Below, piece by piece: positions 13,750 through 24,526 of a DNA stretch of 64,000 nt; the first letter of the stretch is position 1; each line of letters starts with the position of its first letter. Location: the NCBI GenBank assembly GCA_020536535.1, contig JAHLWZ010000386.1, positions 62,001 through 126,000 on the forward strand, given 5' to 3'. Below the pieces are notes generated by a model, which was not told where the DNA came from, did no database searches, and saw nothing but the letters and a program-made list of their open reading frames with translations. A program made the translations under genes and the position numbers. This DNA is from Pelomyxa schiedti. Lineage: Eukaryota; Protista; Evosea.

Positions 13750-14671
13750 TCACATTAGCAGGCAGCAAGTGTTGCTTGTATCTGATGGGGTTTTCTTCAC
13801 CAGGGGTGTACCTTCACTAAGGGGAGGCGATTGGGGGGAATCCACAAGTGGAACCATCTTAGGAGGAGGTATATTCTTCACAGGAGGGTGCTGGAAGCCA
13901 AGTTGGTGTGCTCTGCGAGAAAGGGCACAAACGTTCTGAAAGAGAATCGGTCGAAGCAAAGGCAAATGATAGTAATCATACTTGCATTACTTGGGCCATA
14001 TCCCTTCGTTCATTTAGGTCCGAGGGAATGAACCCTGAAGAGGAGTCAACTGACAGCTCTCTTGTTGCAATCAAGTATAGCTGGATGTTCTCCTTTGGGT
14101 GCCAATATGTTAAATTTTACCACAAACATCCTTTAATTCTATAGCTTTAAATGACAAGATAACGCGTACCACTTCATGCAGTCGGTGCTTTGGGTTAGGA
14201 TTATACCGCTTTATGATGCCTGGTCGAATTATGTTCACTACCCTAAAGGACATTCGTAATAAGTTATAAGTTATACGCCTAATGACTTTAACACAATATA
14301 TTTTAGCATTAAAGTGCTGACATACTCGCACAAAACTGCACCATTCCTGAGAGATTGGTACAAGTCAGACTTGTGGGACAGAGGGTGTCCCACAACATCC
14401 ACAATCCACTTTTCAATTGCGGCCACGTATTGCGGATCCTCTTTTTGTTGCAACTACTTCCCCGGTCACACTCTCAAAGCAAAAACACAAACCACCCCCA
14501 AACCACGTATTCAGTGGCGAGTGTGAAGTGAATCACACATACCTTCATGAAAACCTCGTGGTCCATGCCCTGTAGTACAGTGCCTCTTTCGGTGACAACG
14601 GTGTCGTGCTTGTTGACTGGGGACGCCTCCTTCTTCTGTGCCTTCTTCTTTTTGCTACCGTTGCCCCCCAT
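13750..14671 (-). CDS. Calponin-homology (transgelin/calponin-type) domain protein with a predicted N-myristoyl site and C-terminal CaaX
   Basis: MGGNGSKKKK start; EKWIVDVVG...LYQSLRNGAVLC|VVNIIRPGIIKR...ENIQLYLIATRELSV...FIPSDLNERRDMAQVMQNVCALSR; ends TCCLLM*. Confidence 0.85.
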
Positions 14672-15055
14672 TAACGGCGTACTGCAGTTTGTTTATCTGT
14701 TGTTTGTGGTTTTTTGACACTGACAGTTCGTCAGTGTCGTTTGGAATGTACTGCCCAAAATTTGGCGGAATAAAAAAAACACCAGACCGCCGGTCCTGAG
14801 CTACGATAACGAAAATGACAGCGTTCCGGTCTGTTGATTATTTTATTCAGCCAAATGCATACCGTTAGACGAAAAAAAGTGATGAGTGGACCTCACTTCC
14901 AGTTTCGAAATCTCAACTTCCTCCCAGATACAGATTCAGACTGTCTTTCCTCAGCCTAAGCACAACCACCTACTGTTTCAAACAGAAGGTTGGCCGACAA
15001 AAGTTATTAATGATTGTAGCATAAAAGGAATTGTATTCTTAAATGCAATAAATTT

Positions 15056-16438
15056 CTAGGGGTGGTGGACAACAGAAGGACCACTCTCATCATACTCCTC
15101 CCTTGTGGAACACATGGCACGGAATGTGTCCAATGAAGTGAGGATTGAAGCTCCACACCAGCTGGAGTGACACCCATTGGGGGGTGCAGTCACATTGATA
15201 CTGGGTTTAGGGATGGATGATGGGGCCAGTGCTGTCAGCTCCCGCTTGAGCCTCTCGGTTATTCCGGGGAACTGGGAATTCCCACCAGACACAACTACAT
15301 TCTCCAGCAATATTTGTTGCTGTGTTGCATCACACTTGGTGATGCTACTGATGGCGCACTGGTGTATTCCTGGCATTTCACCAAATGCGGTTCCCAGCCG
15401 GGCCGGTTGGAATAATGCCTCTGGCGTGAAGAACCTCTCGTTGTTGATGTTTATAACTTGGCCATCTGGCAGGGTGTACTTGGCATTAACCGAGTCAGAT
15501 GCCTTGCTAACCTCAGCACTGAAGTCTTGTGCTACATAAGTCACCTCCGTTTTCATTTTCTCCACTGTGTCCCATTCAGCCGGAGTTGTGAAGTGGTACC
15601 CATGCTCCGAGTCGAGCAACTTGACCATATAATCAGTGAGGTCGCGACCCCCAAATGGGAGCCTAACGGTGGCGTGGGGTATTGCTGCGCCCTCAACTAC
15701 TGGAACGGTGTGTGTGACCCCTCCGCCGGTCTCGATGACTAGGCCCCTGGTGTGTCCCATTGAGAGTAGGGACATTACGGCCTGGTTGGCCCAGCACATC
15801 ATCGGTACACTGTATGTTTCAAATGCTAGCTCGGCGGCCTTCTCCCTGTTTTCATTGGGATTCAGTGGAACCTCAGTAAGTAAAAGTGGCTGCTCCTCGG
15901 GTGCAACACGGAGCCAACTGTAGAACACATCATTCCACAACTCCTCCTATAATGAGAAGTCAGAAATAATGTTGCAAAAATATAGTAACAAATCCTCTAA
16001 CACTAACATAGTTAAAGGAACTGAGATGCGAGCAGCAGAAATGTATTCAAGTGTTAATTTAGAATGACGATGTTACCAGATATTCCCAGTTGGTCAACAT
16101 TCCACGCTCAACCGGCCAGGTGAGAACCAAACTGTTTTGTTTCGCCAAGGCTTCCGCACCAGAAAAGTGGTTTTTGGTCATTGACAAAGGGGAAATTTCA
16201 GATGGGTTCTTCCACCGACCTACCACTGTCTAACATTTTTTTTTGTTTTTGTTTGAGAAAAGCTACACACAAAGCTACAATGGAAAAGAAAACACACCCT
16301 GGCATACTCCTTGGGCGATTTGGCACGACCTAAGCCCGCCTTTGTGTCCCAAGAACCACAATCAATCACCACTGAGTTTGTTTCTTCATCGTTTTGGGCC
16401 TCAAAACTTGACTCCTCAACGGGCGGAACCGCAGACAT
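15056..16438 (-). CDS. Divergent actin / actin-related protein
   Basis: VVIDCGSWDTKAG, WPVERGMLTNWE, LLLTEVPLNP, GLVIETGGGVTHTVPV, GGRDLTDYM, YTLPDGQVI, NVVVSGGNSQFPG, SWCGASIL, EEYDESGPSVVH. Confidence 0.92.
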
Positions 16439-16664
16439 GTGCTCCCAGGCAAAGTTGCTTAGCCTAAATGATTCTGGAGGTTCTTCGTGTGAGTTGATGT
16501 TGCCGCCAAAATGGCTGCCGCAATCAACAAAAAAAAAACAAGCGGGGATACGCAGTATGAAATGAGTGGTACGTACTCAAGAGCGCAGTCGCGTGATTTT
16601 TTTAAAATGTAGAACGACGTTTTGTTGCAGTTGGTTTTTACCTTGTGTTTGTTTAGAGGCAACT

Positions 16665-16964
16665 ATGTGTAGGGCTTCTGAGATCGTTCCACAGAAGAAC
16701 AAAGTGTACAAGTGCCCTCAATGTGATTCCTACGAGAGGCCTGGCTGGGGGTTTTTTCCGTCGAGATTGCACGCAGTCCACAACTTGAACATGCACCTTC
16801 GCCAACATACTAAAAGCAGGTGTTGGCAATTGGGCAACTGGCACCGGGAACCAACAAAGTTGGAGCTGGAATTTGAGTGTAAAGTAACAAGGCTTCAAGC
16901 CAGTCTCATAGCCTTAATTCATCATGAGGAGCCTGAAACACCTGATGATTTTGTGAGTATTTGA
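16665..16964 (+). CDS. Small putative C2H2 zinc-finger protein or fragment
   Basis: YKCPQC-x~20-LNMHLRQH; otherwise unrecognised. Confidence 0.35.
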   Translation: MCRASEIVPQKNKVYKCPQCDSYERPGWGFFPSRLHAVHNLNMHLRQHTKSRCWQLGNWHREPTKLELEFECKVTRLQASLIALIHHEEPETPDDFVSI

Positions 16965-17114
16965 AGATATTGCAAGCTTGGTGTTGAGGAGATGACTGAG
17001 CCAAGACTCAAACCATAGAAGAGATTTTTTCCCCAGAGCTGCCTCCCATCAATGAAGCCCTTCCCCAAGATCACCAGAGTTGTCACTATCAACATTTATG
17101 ACATCTATACAACA

Positions 17115-17800
17115 TTAAGAGATTAAAATCAAGGCTGCATTACCATCATCTTCTGATGAAAAGGCTTCATCATCCAAGCTGGAAACAGGGTAATCCCTTG
17201 GTGATCCAAAATGTTGAAGTGAGGTTGAGGGTGCATGTCTATGTGGTACATGAAGAGCATGTGAATGTTTAGGTTTTTTAGGTTCTGGTGGCTGAATTGA
17301 TTTTGAAGATTTGGGTTTTTTGGTTTGTGAAGATTTGGGTTTTTTAGTTTTATATTTTGAAGGTTTTTTTGTTGATTTTGGGGGTATGTTTCTTTTTGGT
17401 TGAGAGGAAGCAGGTGCTGCTGATTGTTTGTTAGCTAAAGGGGACAACACTGTTGGTAGCAATCCAGTTGAAGTACCCTTTGTTGCACTCATCCCACCAG
17501 TCACACCCATCCTGGCACTCGTCGCCACACTCGTCACTGCACCCGTCGCCGCACCCGTCGCTGCAGCCGTCGCCGCACTCGTCGCTGCAGCCGTCGCCGC
17601 ACTCGTCGCCGCACCTGTCGCCGCAGTCGTCGCCTCACCAATGTTGTAGCTCCCCCATGGCAGACACATTTCGCTGCCGCACCAGTTGCCGCCACGCCAG
17701 TCCCTGCCCCACTGAAAGCACTCACCACATTTGTTGCCCCTGTTGTCACCACCATTGTTCCCTGTCGCTGCCGTCGTGTTTGTCTGGGACAAATAAGCAA
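17115..17800 (-). pseudogene. Low-complexity Ala/Thr- and Lys/Pro/Ser-rich coding remnant
   Basis: AT(S/G)AAT repeats and TKKPKSS repeats. A similar Ala/Thr-rich frame upstream (17534-17800) joins only via a frameshift near 17645. Confidence 0.3.
17515..17636. repeat. 12/24-bp tandem repeat (GTCGCCGCACTC-type)
   Basis: About 10 copies of a GTCGCYGCAvbY-like 12-mer are directly visible. Confidence 0.85.
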
Positions 17801-18048
17801 GACCAGGCCTTTTGCAGTGAGGAATAACAGCTAGGTGCAAACCACTTATCACCGGGCAGTGATTTTTCACAAACCAACAAATGATTCCCCAACAGTGCAA
17901 CACCAAACTCCCAACCAATCCAACAACCACAAGTTCAAATTCCCCACACCAAATCTGCCAGCCACACCAATCACTCTCACCCGTGGATCAACCTCGGCCC
18001 GCACGTTCGTCAGACTTGAATTTTGTTTGGTGCTATCTTTTTTCAACA

Positions 18049-19078
18049 ATGACAGCAAGGTCAGGGAGGCACAATTCAGACGTCGAGCTGGGATACCAGC
18101 AACAGCAACAACAACACTCACCTGATGATTCAGACTCCAACAACAGCTACTACGAAGTGGAGTCGCCTCCTTCCCCCCTCGAACCCGCGCCGCGGTGCGG
18201 TCCTCCACATCACGACCTCGTCGTCACCGCCTACGTCACCGTCTGTATCACCACCCCCCAACTGCCACCACAGCATCAACAACAACAACGACAACTAGTA
18301 CAACATCAACGGGGAGAGGGCGGAGATCGAGGGTGGCTGGGGGTAGCGCGTCGGACTCAGATTGACATTGGCGTCCACGATCAGAATCACCACGTCATTT
18401 GGAGCCCTGTGCCAAGCATAAATGAGGACGATCCAACCTGGGCCACACGCCCATACCGGAATGGTGTGCAGCCATCTCTCTGATTATTCCTGGAGTATGT
18501 TGTTAAGGAAAGGCTTGTTCTTCATTTCATCAACAACAGGTTTGTACGCTTTGCACATTGCGTGCAATAAAGGATACGTGAAGACCGCAAGATACTTGAT
18601 TGACGAGTGCCACTGTGATGTAAATGTGACAGAGGCGCATAGTGACGTGTCACCATTGCACCTTGCATGTTCCAGGTTCATCGCACTTTTTTCAACTTCC
18701 CCCGACTTCTTCTCATTATTATTGATTTTCCCAAAACTTTCCCACACTCATTCCACAGAGGGCACACATATCTTGCACAACAGTGAGACATCCACGAAAG
18801 GCAGCACTCGCCACAGGCGTCTCCAAGCGATTATCACGGAGATTTGCATCAGCATGATACTGATTGACCAAAATGTATGCAAGTGCTTGTTCAAAACTGT
18901 ATTGCTGCTTTGTTCCTCTTAACAACCAATAACTCAGGCAATGCAAACCTGACCCTCCATGATGTCTACAGTGACACTCCAAGTGAGATTGCTGAGAACT
19001 AGTCACCACCCTGTTGCTCTGTTTCTGGAAGGCTACAATCACAAACCCACAACAGAGGCAAGTGTTTACCAACAATAA
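18049..19078 (+). pseudogene. Ankyrin-repeat gene disrupted by an internal 100-bp inversion and a downstream frameshift
   Basis: NG|LYALHIACNKGYVKTARYLIDECHCDVNVTEAHSDVSPLHLACS|RGHTYLA is on +. The next repeat is on - (18778-18877). + then resumes with QVLVQN|CNANL...DTPSEIAEN*. Confidence 0.75.
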
Positions 19079-19241
19079 ATCACATCAAATGATTTTAAGT
19101 ACAAAAAAGAAAAATTTAAATTTTCAATTGTTACCTGAAAGAGAAAATAATGCGGTTATGGTCCTTGATTATTTTATTGCCCAAGTTTGTAATAACAAGA
19201 AAGGATAATAATCAATAACATTGGTTAGGTTGGTTGGTATT

Positions 19242-19958
19242 ATGCACTCACCCGTAAATGAGGGTTACGAGGACGAGAACCTCATGAGGGGGGATTCTGC
19301 ACTTGCCCGTACTACTACATTCATCACCAGTACGGCCTTTTCCTCGGGTCTAGAGGAAGTGGTTACCGGGGACGAGGAAGCAAACAATCATTCATCTATG
19401 ACTCAACATAGCGACAGTATCCCAGCTATCCCCAAGCGACAGCGCGGGGAGAGAGGAGGGAAGCACACCATCAACAAGAGGCATAGGGAGGCTGAAGCCC
19501 CGCACCACGATCGCGTAGTTCCCACCATGGGATACGCGGCCGATGGAGTGGGACTCACCAAGTACACGGGCGAGGATCGACAGAAGATACTGAGAAGTCT
19601 GGAGGCGTTTGGAATTCCCACTGGTAAACCAGGGTCACTTCCCGGCTCTCGCACCCGGGGGCCCCGCATCGGATACTACTATGAGCTCATCTTCTGGGCC
19701 TTCATCCATGTGAGACTCACCCTTGATGAATGGCAGACCCTTGCCCCGCGATTGAAGACCAACGACGAGAGGATGAGAGTGATAGCAGCATCAAGGATCT
19801 GCTGGAGATACAAGTTCGAACCGTGGCACATCCTCTATCATATAGTGGACGACCCCTATGATGTGGTGACCGAGTCCTATCAGTTAGTCTGGCGCAATGC
19901 TCTCATTCGTCATGCGAAGGAACATATTTCCGACGCTTCTCCTATGCACGATTACTAG
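19242..19958 (+). CDS. Intronless orphan ORF (~238 aa), possibly of mobile-element or viral origin
   Basis: Long uninterrupted ORF with a basic KRQRGERGGKH segment and an aromatic-rich C-terminal half; no family recognised. Confidence 0.4.
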   Translation: MHSPVNEGYEDENLMRGDSALARTTTFITSTAFSSGLEEVVTGDEEANNHSSMTQHSDSIPAIPKRQRGERGGKHTINKRHREAEAPHHDRVVPTMGYAADGVGLTKYTGEDRQKILRSLEAFGIPTGKPGSLPGSRTRGPRIGYYYELIFWAFIHVRLTLDEWQTLAPRLKTNDERMRVIAASRICWRYKFEPWHILYHIVDDPYDVVTESYQLVWRNALIRHAKEHISDASPMHDY

Positions 19959-20724
19959 TGAGACCACTAGGGAGGTCTGTCCCCATATGTGTGGGACAGA
20001 CCTTTTCCATGATGCCTCCTGGTGGAGGAGGGAGCCACGCGGTCTGCAATACGGTGAGTACCGTTGGGAGAAGTGGTTAACCGTAGATGAGATAGGCTCA
20101 CTGCATTTCCACACAAAACAGCTGAGTAACACTTTCAAAAAGAAATTATTGTTCACCATTTGTGCCGAGGTAGATTGGGTTTGGATAGTGACCACGACAC
20201 TGTGAGGTGTGCTGGGGTGTCGATGGTTGTTGTTTTACTTGTGTAGTAAGGGAGAAAGCCCGAATACAACACAAGAGTTTATTGTTTATTACTTTGTTGC
20301 TTTAGCTAGAGCCACTACCATGGTGTTGTTCCTTAGAAAGGCACTAGAATCAGTTCTAGGTGTCTCCTGAATCTCCCTCAGGGTCCCAACAGATTCGCCG
20401 TGGTTTTCCCAGAAATCAATCAGATTTGAACTGGGACGCCGCAAAGTCACCATTGGCTTTTTTTTTTCAAAAAAACGAAAACGCCCATCGCCGTTGTTCA
20501 TCGACCGAAACCAACAGTGTAGTGGCTGCTTGGCTGCCTGTTTGTGGGTCTACTGCATTATGGGACAATGTTTTGCTTTGTGTCACGTCCGGGAGATTAA
20601 CTCTCCCGGCAAAAAACATGTCAAAGTGCTTTCCTTGTGGGTAAGGACATCGGAGAGATTTCAACAATTTAAAACAAACCCAAAATACACAGGAGATCTG
20701 ACGCGGTTGCCCACTCTCTTTGTT

Positions 20725-23700
20725 ATGCACACTACTAGCACCACGACACCTGTGGCTCAGGTCAGTGAGATCTCGGCTCGTGTAGTTCCGCGATCTCCTC
20801 GTAGTGCTCCTCCTGGTGATACATTCAGCTACTTTGTGTTCGACGATAGTGCCATGGAGACCCATTTGCCCGCTACTGTATACAGCAAGATCAGGGAGTT
20901 GCAAGTAAAAGGCGGATCCATGGACCCTGATTTGGCGGAGAGTGTTGCTTACGGGATGAAGGTAAAAAGAATATCACGAGATTGACTCGTATCTCACGCA
21001 TTTCATGTTTTTTAGGAGTGGGCAATAGAAAAGGGTGCTTCCTGTTTCACGCACTGGTTTCATCCACTTACAGAGAAAACGGCACGAAAATATGACTCCT
21101 TTATGACCCCAAAACGCCACGTGGGATATGCTTGTGACGCATACCACATCACTCAGTTTACTGGAAAACAACTACTGCAGGGAGAGCCCGATGGCAGCAG
21201 CTTTCCTTCGTACTTTCCATTCTCTCACTTCTTACGAGTTGAATTGCTTTCAGTGGTGGACTGCGAAAAACCAGTGAGGCCCGTGGGTATACCGCCTGGG
21301 ATTGCACCAGTCCTGCCTTTGTTGTGTCTGATGAACTGGGTGGTTGTTTGTACATTCCAGCCGTTTTTTGTAGCATTTTTGGGTTGTCCATGGATTCGAA
21401 AACTCCCCTTTTAAAGAGGTAACATTTTGACATACCTCTTGTTTATTGCCTCATGAATCCCCACAGTGAAAGAGCTATTTCAGCAGCAGTAATGCGTGTT
21501 CTCAAATTGATACAGTCTGCACTGGTAACAAAGTGCCTCGAATAATACTTGTTACTAACCTCCTTTAGGAAGACGTTCCAAGTGCCCCCTTACCAAGTGA
21601 CATATATTGCACAATTGGCGTGGAGCAGGAGATGTTCATCATAGACAGGAACTTATATAACAGGCGACCTGACTTGATTACTAGTGGACGCACCTTAATA
21701 GGAAGATTGGGCCCCAAAGGCCAACAGCTCGCGGACCATTACTGGGGACAAGTCCCACGGAGGGTTCTAGAAGCGCTGCATGTTAGTCATTAATTTTTTA
21801 TTTCTCCCTTTCACTGGAAACAGGAAGTGCAGGAAAGACTGTGGTCCCTTGGATACCCTGTGACAACAGTACATAATGAAGTGGCTCCTGCTCAGTTCGA
21901 GATGGGTAATCGTTCTTTTATTACATGAATAATCCCTCAATGTCCTCAGCTCCAATATTTGAACGAGCAAGTGTTGCTTCCGGTATTTTCAAATCTCTTC
22001 TCCTCACTTCTAACAGCAACCAGACCACAACATGATTATGATGGAAATGCTGCGCAAAGTCTGTGAGAAGCATGATTTATCTGTTCTATTCCACGAAAAA
22101 CCATTCTCCAAAGTAAATGGCAGTGGGAAGCACACAAACTGGTCTCTAGCAACGGATTCTGGTATTAACCATATACATATCCTTCCCTTGTCATATCATC
22201 ATTTATTCAAAGGTGAGAATCTGTTGGCTCCCGGGAATGACCCAAGCCACAATACCCAGTTTCTGTTTATTTTTTCGGCCTTCCTCAGAGCCGTGTATCT
22301 TCACAGTGATGTCTTGAGAGCATATGTTTCAGTTCCTGGTTTCTAGGTTGCGAGATAACCATTAGCTAACCTACTGATAAGGAAATGAGTTCCGACTTGG
22401 AGGAATGGAAGCTCCTCCAGCCATTATTTCCGTTTTTATTGGACAACATCTTGAGCAGGTTTTTACCATATCTACGAAGCATTGTTGTAAACCTTGTGCA
22501 GATTACACGTGATTTTGTCAATCCTTCTTCTGATTCTGCATCTTCGTCACTCCCAACTCTGTTGGATCTGGGTTTGGCAACACTTCCTAGGCTCCACCAA
22601 GATAAATCTGATCGAAACCGCACCTCGCCACTTGCTTTTACTGGGAACAGATTTGAGTTCCGGGCTGTTGGAAGTAGTCAAAATTGTATGTATCTCTGAC
22701 CTTTTCCAAAATTTTTTCTGTTTATAGAGTACTATCCAAACAGGTGCAGGTCCAATTACAGCCATAAATGCCATAGTGACAGAGTCTTTGCTGCATATGG
22801 CTGATGAAGTTGACAAACATGTATCATCTGGTATCAACAAAAAAATGGCCCTTCTTCACGTGATTCGTGCAACTCTTTCCGAAAGTTTGCCCATTATATA
22901 TAATGGTGACTGTTACGAAAAGGTTTTCCATAATTCCAATTTATGGTTCTTATATTTCCCTCAGGAGTATGTTGAAGACATGGCAAAGAAGAGAGGAATT
23001 CCTAATATCCCATCTCCTGTAGAGGCTCTGAGACTATGGACAAGTCCCAAGAATAAGGTTACTGAAATCTTTGGAAAGTAAAACTTATTTCAGTTAGACC
23101 CTTTTTTCGAATTTGAATATCATGGGACCTGCTGAGGTTGAAGCTCGAGGTCACGTGTGGATAGAACACTTTAGGTACACTTTGTGCTTCATTATCCATA
23201 ACTAAATTGGGAAAAAAAAAACAAAGCAAGGTCAAGAGTATTGAAGCCAGCTGCATTCTTGATATGGCGCAACGGATGATTCTTCCAAGTGCTCTAAATT
23301 ACCAGAAAACAGTCTGCAAGTCTACTCTTCTCGCACACAATACTCTCTCTGTACTGAAAGGCGATACCAAAGTGCTGCCAAATACCATGGAGCAAACCTG
23401 GGACTCAGGCGAAATCAATACTCCGCTTCCACGTGAGGCCATTCATGCACAACACCAGCAGATAGGTATGTGCCTGAAGCTAAATTGTGCTGTAGAATCC
23501 CTCTGTGCCTCAATACAATCCTTGCAAACAGTTCTTTCCAATGTAAGCTTTTTACCTTCGCGTCTCTACTATTTACCGACAACAGGCGGAGCGACTGGAA
23601 GACGAAGTGGAACGCGCACAAGGTACCTCCAATCACATAGGAATCTCACTTATCACCACACAGCGTTTTACTCCTCTGTGGGACCTGCAATGCTTGAACT

Positions 23701-23788
23701 ACGGGGACAATGTGACAACATAGAAGGAATAGTGGACCATGCCCTGTGGCCAATTCCGACCTATTCCGAGATTTTTGCCAACTTCTAA
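20725..23788 (+). CDS. glnA3: Glutamine synthetase type III
   Basis: [40 protein letters not shown]|[90 protein letters not shown]. Confidence 0.96.
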
Positions 23789-23838
23789 CTTGTGATCAAT
23801 CAACAATAAATTCTCATTCCATTTGCCCTCTCAATAGT

Positions 23839-24210
23839 TCATTCATTCTCCGCCCTTTCTCCCTCTTGTTCTCCTTGCTCCTCGTCCTTGACCTCCGCTT
23901 CCCCCTCCTCCTCTGCAGGGCGATCCAGATACTGGGCATGAAATGTTGCCAACTCAGTGGGTTTGTCCATTTGCTTCCTTCCCTCAGCACCTTTCTTTCC
24001 TATCCTGTAAAGTGTTTGAGTTACGCAACAAACTCACAAAGTAGGAACTTACTTGGAGAAGAAATCTGTACCATGCTTCCTGAGTACCGCCTCACCCCCC
24101 TTCTTGCCACGTTCAGATGGAGTGTACTTCCTAGTCTCGTCTTGTTCCTTCTCTTTCTCTACTTCCTCTGCTGACAAGATATCCTTCTTTGCATGCATAC
24201 TACTAGCCAT
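23839..24210 (-). CDS. Small hydrophilic KGG-motif stress protein (GsiB/Em/LEA group 1-like)
   Basis: Not in the ORF track. MASSMHAKK...SERGKKGGEAVLRKHGTDFFSK|IGKKGAEGRKQ...acidic tail; one GTAAGT..CAG intron at ~24005-24052. Confidence 0.7.
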
Positions 24211-24526
24211 TTCCTCAATGCAGTTTGTGGTTGTGGCTTCTATTTTGCTCTTTACTCTGTCACTCTTCTTCCTTGTGCCTGCTTCTACACTTCTCCTTTA
24301 TACCTTCACTTAGTTTTTGATTTCCTTCGTGTCTCTGTGAGTCAACTTAACATCAATGTCCCAAATGAAACACGATAAGATGTCAGGCGGCGGCAAATCT
24401 CGTGAGGGGACATCCAAAAAAAAAGGAAAAAGAAAAAGGAATTCACCAAATTAAAATAAAAAAAAACAAGAAACAAGTAGTAACAACCCTAATGAGCCAC
24501 GGGCAGTGTTGTGCATAAAGTATCAC

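Noticed and set aside
14879-14990. GTGATGA box C-like motif in intergenic DNA
   Set aside because: No matching CTGA box D or terminal stem.
17515-17636. Repeat array as CRISPR
   Set aside because: Contiguous tandem units with no spacers, eukaryotic context and no cas genes.
20725-23788. GSIII as a novel horizontal transfer
   Set aside because: Type III glutamine synthetases are already known in amoebozoans and other protists.
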